Virus record (IMG/VR): IMGVR_UViG_3300027751_000009
Span: 14,891 to 78,890 of that record
DNA length: 64,000 nt
From: a virus
Taxonomy: Duplodnaviria; Caudoviricetes
Reading direction: 5' to 3' (one strand)
Part shown: positions 58,229-64,000 of the stretch, in pieces
How the letters are laid out: the number at the start of each line of letters is the position of its first letter
Numbering within the stretch: the stretch's first letter is position 1
Notes under the pieces: model-generated
Told to the model about the DNA's origin: nothing
Database searches by the model: none
What the model saw: the letters and a program-made list of their open reading frames with translations, nothing else
Made by a program: the position numbers and the translations under genes

Positions 58229-59392
58229 TTATATTGAAGGTTTAAGTTGTGCATCTAATGACGCATTTACTTGCTTCTTAAATTCGCTTGTTTGTATAGC
58301 GATATTACTTCCTGCCTTTTGTATTTGGCTGAATAATAATGCTGGTACTGCATATACAGGTGCAATAATTCTATTGCTACGCATAAGTGCTGCATCTTTA
58401 AGTTCCGCTCTTGTTTGGTCAGGGTGTAACCCTAACGGTTTGATAGCTGCCGCCTCAGCCCAAGCACCACCTACTGCCATTAATGCACAAGCATCACTGG
58501 CCATATTCCACGCTACTATCCAAGTGGTAGAAACTACTTTGATACCAATCTCTGTAGCTTGTGCACCACCTCTACGCATTCTGCGTGTCATTGGTACAAC
58601 AACCTCTGCTTTGTGGACTTGCTCTTTAGGAGCTTCCACTTTAGGTGGTTGTGTTTTGTCAGCTGGTTTAGTTGCACCAGGTGCATTAGCTAACATAGCA
58701 TTCATAATAGCAATTTGTTCCTTTAACTGTTCTTCAGTTAGGAATACTTGCTCTTGTGTTTGTACTTCAGGTTCCACTTGTTCAGTTCCAATAGGAGCTG
58801 GTGGTACTTGAACTACCTTTGGTTTTTCAATAGGTGTTACCTTTTTAGCTCTCGATTTACGAGTAGCTTTAGGTTTTACAACCTCTTCTACTACCACTGT
58901 TGGTGGTGCAGGTGCTTTAACTGTTTTTGTTTCCACTTTTTTCTTGTTTTTAGTGGTTACTGATTTAGTAGTTGGTGTTACTACTGCATTTGCATCAATG
59001 GATGCTACTGTGTTTACTGTTGATTTTTTCATTTCGTTTGTTTTTCTATTGTTTAATAATTCTAATGTTTCTAATGCTTCACTTGTTTTCTTATCTATCC
59101 AATCAATGTCTTTTCTGAATAGTTCCCCTGTTTCGTGATCTCCGATTCTTGGGTTGAATATGTCCTCTACTTTTGATAAATCATTAAGTAGTATTTCCGG
59201 TGATGATACTTGTGTCATTTCTGCCACAAAATCATACTTCTTACGGAACATTCTAAAGACCATATTGTAATAGCCTCTAATTCCATCAACAAAGTCTGTT
59301 TTGTCGTATGGGTACATTGGTTGTGTTTCATTTTCAATAATGAAAAAGAACTCTTGTGGTGTTTCAACCACGATTGCTTTTGGTCGTGCCAT
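58229..59392 (-). CDS. Early protein with K/T/P-rich linker; preceded by the hairpin motif
   Basis: 387-aa ORF on the coding strand. Confidence 0.65.
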   Translation of the reverse strand: MARPKAIVVETPQEFFFIIENETQPMYPYDKTDFVDGIRGYYNMVFRMFRKKYDFVAEMTQVSSPEILLNDLSKVEDIFNPRIGDHETGELFRKDIDWIDKKTSEALETLELLNNRKTNEMKKSTVNTVASIDANAVVTPTTKSVTTKNKKKVETKTVKAPAPPTVVVEEVVKPKATRKSRAKKVTPIEKPKVVQVPPAPIGTEQVEPEVQTQEQVFLTEEQLKEQIAIMNAMLANAPGATKPADKTQPPKVEAPKEQVHKAEVVVPMTRRMRRGGAQATEIGIKVVSTTWIVAWNMASDACALMAVGGAWAEAAAIKPLGLHPDQTRAELKDAALMRSNRIIAPVYAVPALLFSQIQKAGSNIAIQTSEFKKQVNASLDAQLKPSI

Positions 59393-59423
59393 TTGTATAT
59401 ATGCCTGTTTCCAGGACTTTATT
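59393..59423 (-). promoter_or_regulatory. Conserved hairpin motif, copy D
   Basis: AATAAAG T CCTG GAAA CAGG C ATATATACAA then ATG. Confidence 0.7.
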
Positions 59424-59426
59424 AAA

Positions 59427-59672
59427 TTACGATGTTAATAGATTAACTACTTCTGTTAAGTATTTAATATCCATTGTGTTTTGCCCTAATATGATTATCC
59501 TTCTGATATCATCTTCATAAAGACATCTGTTCTTGTCTACAGTAATAGGTATGGCTATAGTAATGCCATCACTATTTGTGATTTGTAGTTCATATTTGTA
59601 CTCTACTCTCAATTTAGTTGAATACTCTCTTTTAACCAATTTCGTTTCTGATACTATCTGTACTGTGTTCAT
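59427..59672 (-). CDS. Hypothetical protein
   Basis: Packed operon. Confidence 0.55.
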   Translation of the reverse strand: MNTVQIVSETKLVKREYSTKLRVEYKYELQITNSDGITIAIPITVDKNRCLYEDDIRRIIILGQNTMDIKYLTEVVNLLTS

Positions 59673-59674
59673 AG

Positions 59675-60097
59675 TTATTTGTTTTGAGTGTTATTATATT
59701 TTTCTCTTAAGCGATTATACATATCTGCTTTATTTTGAATATAATGGTCTATAAGAATATTACCTTCTTCGAATGTATAATTGTCAATGATTGCTTTCAA
59801 TTCCTCACATTGTTTAGTGACCCATTGTTTATCATGAGTACTATTATTATATCTGTGGTTTGTATCAAACCCAATTTTCCAATACTCATTATCTTTTGTC
59901 CATTCATTGAATGTTATTTCTTGATGGAAATCAGGAATACTTAAATACCCATAAGGGTCTAAGTCTGTTAGTAATTGATGTATAAGATATGGATGTCCTT
60001 TTGGAATTAGAACATAACCATTTCCCCAACCTCTTTCACCAGGGTAGTTCATAAAATTGTTCTCTTGATAGCCGAATAATTCAATTTTTGTTTTCAT
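59675..60097 (-). CDS. Conserved phage protein
   Basis: GWGNGYV.IP.GHP...H.EITF...W.IGFDTNH motif. Confidence 0.6.
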   Translation of the reverse strand: MKTKIELFGYQENNFMNYPGERGWGNGYVLIPKGHPYLIHQLLTDLDPYGYLSIPDFHQEITFNEWTKDNEYWKIGFDTNHRYNNSTHDKQWVTKQCEELKAIIDNYTFEEGNILIDHYIQNKADMYNRLREKYNNTQNK

Positions 60098-60098
60098 T

Positions 60099-60320
60099 TT
60101 AACAAATGTTTTTAGTTATTAATGTTATTAATGTTTTAAGCCTTGTAGCTTCTGCTTCAAGTTCTTTAATCTTGTTAAGGATTTGATGTACTCGATGTCC
60201 TGTTGCTGTATCTATGGATACATACTTCTCATCTAATAATTCATTGACTAATCCTCTGTACACTTTAGCTGTGTGTACCAATCTTTGTTCTCTTTTAGAG
60301 ATGTGACCTATTTTACTCAC
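60099..60320 (-). CDS. Hypothetical protein (GTG start); preceded by the hairpin motif
   Basis: Packed operon. Confidence 0.6.
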   Translation of the reverse strand: MSKIGHISKREQRLVHTAKVYRGLVNELLDEKYVSIDTATGHRVHQILNKIKELEAEATRLKTLITLITKNIC

Positions 60321-60350
60321 GATATATATGCCCTATTAAGGGACTTTATT
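60321..60350 (-). promoter_or_regulatory. Conserved hairpin motif, copy C
   Basis: AATAAAG T CCCT TAAT AGGG C ATATATATC then GTG. Confidence 0.7.
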
Positions 60351-60942
60351 GATTATGTTTTAATTTCCTTAAAGCTTTCATTTTAGTTAAAACTTTGGCT
60401 TTATGTAATTTGTAGCATTCCATTTTAAATACAGCTAATGAACCATTATTACGATATCTGTTATTGTATATGATTACATATCTATTATACAATTTGGTGT
60501 CCATCTTATTGAACCATTGCTGTGCTTCTTTATCAAGTTCATATTCTCTTCTAATCTTACGATTTGTATCGAAGATGAATTTGTTTGTTTCTGGATAGTC
60601 AGTAGCTAATATCTCTTGGTCATGTGACCAATACATATGACATTGACCTTTTGATTCTTCTAATGCAAATTCTAAGCCTTCTAAATCATCTATGTATGTG
60701 ATATAACCTCTCATTTGACCGAAGTCATAAAAGCTTAATAATAAGCCTTTCTTCTTACGACCATAAATGTCTACTATGAATATCCCCTGTTTTAAACAGT
60801 TTAGTAATGTTTGAGTATTTGCTGAACATAAATCAAAGTGATTATCTATATCTAACTCATTATGTAAATAATAGTGTGATAAATGTTCTCCTCTTTTGTT
60901 ATACTCACAATGTTTTGAAGGATATATAATTGATTTCTTCAT
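60346..60942 (-). CDS. Hypothetical protein
   Basis: Likely start MKKSIIY at 60942, one nt after the upstream stop. Confidence 0.6.
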   Translation of the reverse strand: MKKSIIYPSKHCEYNKRGEHLSHYYLHNELDIDNHFDLCSANTQTLLNCLKQGIFIVDIYGRKKKGLLLSFYDFGQMRGYITYIDDLEGLEFALEESKGQCHMYWSHDQEILATDYPETNKFIFDTNRKIRREYELDKEAQQWFNKMDTKLYNRYVIIYNNRYRNNGSLAVFKMECYKLHKAKVLTKMKALRKLKHNQ

Positions 60943-60943
60943 C

Positions 60944-61231
60944 TTATTCTCCAATTGATTGTTCGTAATCCCAAGTGAATGCTTTGTTACCATCAGCATC
61001 TATATACTTATAACCTTTAAACTCTTTTTGTTTTTTAGGTTCAAACTTTACATCATTACGTGTAGATACTACTCGTAGTTGTTCTGGCTCTATATACACA
61101 TCTGTATATAAACCATTAGCATTCTCTATAGTGATACCTATACGGTCACTATTCTCCATTTCAAAGAAATCAAACGTCAAGCTACCATACTGTAACTTGG
61201 TAATTGTTCTCTTAAACATTGTTTTACTCAT
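60944..61231 (-). CDS. Hypothetical protein; preceded by the hairpin motif
   Basis: Likely start MSKTMFKR at 61231. Confidence 0.6.
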   Translation of the reverse strand: MSKTMFKRTITKLQYGSLTFDFFEMENSDRIGITIENANGLYTDVYIEPEQLRVVSTRNDVKFEPKKQKEFKGYKYIDADGNKAFTWDYEQSIGE

Positions 61232-61260
61232 CTTATATTGCCTCATTAAAGGACTTTATT
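61232..61260 (-). promoter_or_regulatory. Conserved hairpin motif, copy B
   Basis: AATAAAG T CCTT TAAT GAGG C AATATAAG then ATG. Confidence 0.7.
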
Positions 61261-61518
61261 TAATTGTCTTAATATCTTTTAAAGAATATCAACCCCTTTT
61301 TTTTTGTGCTCTTATGAGCACCCCTACTACCTACATATCTAACAATAGTACCTAACAGTTATCTGTTGCTATACTATTCTATATGTCTGCCGTAGTAGTA
61401 ATACCTTTTTAACCCAATAATACTACCCAATAGGCTTCATCAGAACAGCTCTCTTTTGAGAGGTGTTTATGAAGTAGAGATATAGTATTATATTATCTCT
61501 TTTTTAGCAAAAGAGTGA

Positions 61519-61526
61519 CAAACGTA
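61519..61526 (-). promoter_or_regulatory. Bacteroidota -7 promoter box (TAnnTTTG), leftward
   Basis: TACGTTTG on the - strand, in the divergent intergenic region; no clear -33 box. Confidence 0.45.
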
Positions 61527-61562
61527 GTGGTACTGTGGTGTACAGCTGATATTTGCTGAAAA

Positions 61563-61640
61563 AAAAGTAGTCTTTATGACTACTTTTGTATCTAAATGTT
61601 GACAAATAGTGTCAAAAAGTAGTCTTTATGACTACTTTTT
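61563..61640. repeat. Palindromic operator/iteron array
   Basis: AAAAGTAGTC-TTTAT-GACTACTTTT at 61563-61587 and 61615-61639, with TTGACA-AATAG-TGTCAA (61599-61615) between them. Confidence 0.85.
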
Positions 61641-61644
61641 ATGT

Positions 61645-61652
61645 TACATTTG
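61645..61652 (+). promoter_or_regulatory. Bacteroidota -7 promoter box (TAnnTTTG), rightward
   Basis: TACATTTG about 20 nt upstream of the likely ATG at 61673. Confidence 0.5.
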
Positions 61653-61672
61653 ACTGTTCGCAAATACTATGA

Positions 61673-62060
61673 TATGATAACCAACATTGAAGACTATCTA
61701 AATAGTCATACCAGACAGTTTACTACCGATGATTACATCTTTAATTCTTATAATGCTCCTAATACAACCTATCAGGTGTCCAATGAGCTCGATGAGCTGT
61801 TGTTAACCTTGTCATACAGTGGTATGAAGTGTTGGCATAGGTGCCTTTCCTTACTAAAGCGTAATACTGATGCTACTAAAGCGTGTACTGTGGTGCTGTC
61901 GCTCCACCTGTTCACTGATATAGTATCTAAAAAGTATTACTACTTTGGTATTAAGGAGTTGGTTGAACGCTCGCTGCTGCTCGCTACCAACGATAAGAAT
62001 GTGTTTATCGTTAACATAAAACATGCTAACAAACTTTATAAGCCAAAGCTGGATATATAA
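61673..62060 (+). CDS. RepL-like winged-helix protein (replication initiator/regulator)
   Basis: The only + strand gene in the early region; VSKKYYYFGIKELVERSLL....KNVFIVNI resembles the RepL wHTH; likely start MITNIED; followed by a terminator. Confidence 0.5.
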
Positions 62061-62125
62061 ATATTATCCATATCTTTGTAACTCATAGAACTGTTGTTAT
62101 CTGTTTTTGCGAACGATAAACACTG

Positions 62126-62157
62126 AATAGCCAGCGTAACCGCTGGCTATTTCTTTT
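62126..62157 (+). terminator. Intrinsic terminator between convergent genes
   Basis: AATAGCCAGCG-TAAC-CGCTGGCTATT then TCTTTT. Confidence 0.8.
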
Positions 62158-62677
62158 AGTACATAATCGGTTTGTGATACAGATTAGGTGCTTCTAAACC
62201 ATAATGTAGATTAGAATGCAGAACTGTAGCTTCACGAAACCTTTGGTACTGACTTACTGCTTTCTTAACAGTACGGTCATATGCTACTACTTTGTTGGTA
62301 ATAGCATCTCGCATCACTTCACCTAAGCTATTCTTAACTGGATTGTATATTTCATCTACACATTCCAATTTATAGTTCTCTAAAGCTGGTACACCATCAG
62401 CTGGCTTGAAGTGTACTAAGGCAAATGGGCTCTCGTTATAGAGTGCTCTAGTGCTCTTGTTTACATCAATGATATCATCTGTAATGTACAGTTGATTGGC
62501 ATATCTGTTGTTCACATTAATTTTTGTGTCTTGTTTCTTGTTAAGCAATCTCCACATCAATAATGCAGATAGATTAACTGTTACACAAGTCCACTCTCTT
62601 TGGTTAGCATAAGCATATTGAAACAATGCTGTACGCTTTCCATAGTTGACATTTGTCAAATAATGAAATAGTTTCAT
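62156..62677 (-). CDS. Hypothetical protein
   Basis: Likely start MKLFHY at 62677 (the track start overlaps the upstream gene). Confidence 0.55.
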   Translation of the reverse strand: MKLFHYLTNVNYGKRTALFQYAYANQREWTCVTVNLSALLMWRLLNKKQDTKINVNNRYANQLYITDDIIDVNKSTRALYNESPFALVHFKPADGVPALENYKLECVDEIYNPVKNSLGEVMRDAITNKVVAYDRTVKKAVSQYQRFREATVLHSNLHYGLEAPNLYHKPIMY

Positions 62678-62729
62678 AATATAGTTGTCGATTGATCCAC
62701 TGCTGACCACAGCTTTAAATGTTATATTA

Positions 62730-63053
62730 TTATAATGATTGATTTTCCCAGACGTATCCTGCCTGAAAATCACATTTTATTTCGTATTTATTTAATACAT
62801 TTCTAACAATGTTATTGTCGTACCAGCCTTTACCTGGTTGGATACTACAAATTATTGTTTTTATTTTAGGATTAGGTCCGCCTCTCATATAAGCGTAAGA
62901 CCCATACTCTTGGTTCTGAAGTTTCATCTCTCCTATTTCAGAGAAATTAAATATCAATTGACATTTTTTGTTAACTGATAATTTCTCTAAATCTTTGTAC
63001 AGTTTAGAACCTTTGATTCTAACTATTGCTTCGCATGTTTCTTTTGTTTTCAT
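62730..63053 (-). CDS. Hypothetical protein
   Basis: Packed operon. Confidence 0.6.
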   Translation of the reverse strand: MKTKETCEAIVRIKGSKLYKDLEKLSVNKKCQLIFNFSEIGEMKLQNQEYGSYAYMRGGPNPKIKTIICSIQPGKGWYDNNIVRNVLNKYEIKCDFQAGYVWENQSL

Positions 63054-63325
63054 TTATTAAGGTCTTTAGAGATACGTTTGTCTAAATCATTAAACTCATT
63101 AGCTATAGCTATTATACCTGCTATAACCTTTGGATTAGTAGATAGATTCTCAACTGACTTGAATATATTACTATACACACTAATAACTTGATTAACCATC
63201 TTGATATCATCTGTTTGTGTTTCTTTAGCTAACTCTGATTGAACTGCTAATAAGCATCTGTTTACTAATGATGCTATTTCATAAGCCTTGATAGCTTTCT
63301 CTGCAATACTCTTTTCTGGTCCCAT
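63050..63325 (-). CDS. Hypothetical helical protein
   Basis: Packed operon. Confidence 0.6.
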   Translation of the reverse strand: MGPEKSIAEKAIKAYEIASLVNRCLLAVQSELAKETQTDDIKMVNQVISVYSNIFKSVENLSTNPKVIAGIIAIANEFNDLDKRISKDLNK

Positions 63326-63327
63326 GA

Positions 63328-63510
63328 TTACTTGCCAGATTTAGATTGTTCGTACCCAGTCTTTAGTCCTTTAAAGAACCCAGACCCTACTTGTTTCAAT
63401 AAGCCTAAACCCATTGATGCATACACTACTGCATTAGCTGTAATGTCAATTGTTGTTTGCTCTACCACTGATACAGCAGGAGCTTTCTTTGTTGCGGCTT
63501 TCTTTGCCAT
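63328..63510 (-). CDS. Small basic/amphipathic early protein downstream of the hammerhead
   Basis: Likely start MAKKAATKK at 63510 by analogy with the other motif copies. Confidence 0.6.
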   Translation of the reverse strand: MAKKAATKKAPAVSVVEQTTIDITANAVVYASMGLGLLKQVGSGFFKGLKTGYEQSKSGK

Positions 63511-63537
63511 GTTTTTTGCGCTCATTGCGACTTTATT
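63511..63537 (-). promoter_or_regulatory. Conserved hairpin motif, copy A
   Basis: AATAAAG T CGC AATGA GCG C AAAAAAC then ATG. Confidence 0.6.
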
Positions 63538-63543
63538 TATTAA

Positions 63544-63598
63544 TACTCCGTTTCATCCTCTTGGAATCATCAGGCACACCACACAGTGTACTACAGAA
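63544..63598 (-). ncRNA. Type III hammerhead ribozyme
   Basis: UUCU-GUA|-GUACAC-UGUGUG-GUGUGC-CUGAUGA-UUCC-AAGA-GGAU-GAAA-CGGAG: complete core, GUA cleavage triplet, stems I-III all pair. Confidence 0.85.
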
Positions 63599-63634
63599 AA
63601 TGAGTAGTTTATAGTCATACTCAGGACTATTGAA

Positions 63635-63862
63635 TTATAGTAGTATTTCCGCCCACTCTGATTGTTCAGCATAGGACACATAACCTTTGACAGTACCAGC
63701 TAATGTTTTTCTACCCGGATATACTCCACCAACTCTGATGTATGTATTTCCACAGTAACCTTTGAATACTTCTCTTGGCTCTTGAATGATAAAGATATCG
63801 GTCTCTACAATTCCGGTTCTACCATCTATAACTCTTAGCTTAAACTCTAATGTTCTCATCAC
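63635..63862 (-). CDS. Hypothetical early protein
   Basis: First - strand ORF in the window. Confidence 0.55.
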   Translation of the reverse strand: MMRTLEFKLRVIDGRTGIVETDIFIIQEPREVFKGYCGNTYIRVGGVYPGRKTLAGTVKGYVSYAEQSEWAEILL

Positions 63863-64000
63863 TAATTTTTTAAGTTATAAAAGACTCTCTTTTTCGGATA
63901 AATAGTTTATACCCCCCCTACCCGAAAATTGATTGAAGGGAGGGGTCAAACTACAATCTGTTACCCTCCCGCGTATAAATTTTTTTATAAAGTCTTTTTG

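Noticed and set aside
61599-61604. TTGACA as a sigma70 -35 box
   Set aside because: Bacteroidota primary sigma uses -7 TAnnTTTG / -33 TTTG; here TTGACA is one arm of a palindrome. A similar TTGACA-TT-TGTCAA at 62646-62659 is inside a CDS with a different spacer and was also discounted.
2603-63607. Opposite-strand ORFs in the track (e.g. 2603-2902, 2957-3259, 16021-16311, 27670-27981, 43425-43796, 54567-55007, 58191-58811, 63332-63607)
   Set aside because: They lie fully antisense to longer, well-supported genes and look like shadow frames.
1-64000. Stop-codon reassignment (TAG/TGA), common in some crAss-like phages
   Set aside because: Genes up to 12.5 kb are intact under the standard code, coding density is high, the gene splits noted occur at TAA or at ATGA overlaps, and no suppressor tRNA was seen.
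1-64000. tRNA, rRNA, integrase or transposase genes
   Set aside because: None recognised by eye; intergenic gaps are mostly too short. A tRNAscan-SE/HMM run would be needed to exclude them formally.

Overview
AT-rich 64-kb segment of a crAss-like (Crassvirales or close relative) podophage genome, probably infecting Flavobacteriia/Bacteroidota; read with the standard genetic code. The + strand (1-37285) is a late/virion block. It holds a repeat-rich tail-fibre-like gene, a lysis cassette, a muzzle/tail-stabilisation gene apparently split by a ~6.4-kb adhesin insertion, internal cargo proteins and a 4163-aa virion RNA polymerase polyprotein (zincin HEFAH plus double-psi-barrel DHDGD motif). The - strand (37280-63862) carries replication and early genes: exonuclease, SSB, HU-like, DnaB, PcfJ, an AcrIIA9/PcfK-like protein, a nucleotidyltransferase, a CAP-domain protein, a phosphodiester glycosidase and many small ORFs. 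No DNA polymerase or primase was recognised. One + strand RepL-like gene interrupts this block, behind palindromic operators. The most striking unannotated signal is an RNA layer in the early region. It consists of a type III hammerhead ribozyme (63544-63598, - strand) and four covarying copies of an AAUAAAG-U-hairpin-C-A-rich-start motif placed just before start codons, one of them directly downstream of the ribozyme. A ~270-nt structured leader and other hairpin elements accompany these. All family assignments come from motifs recognised by eye, not from database searches.
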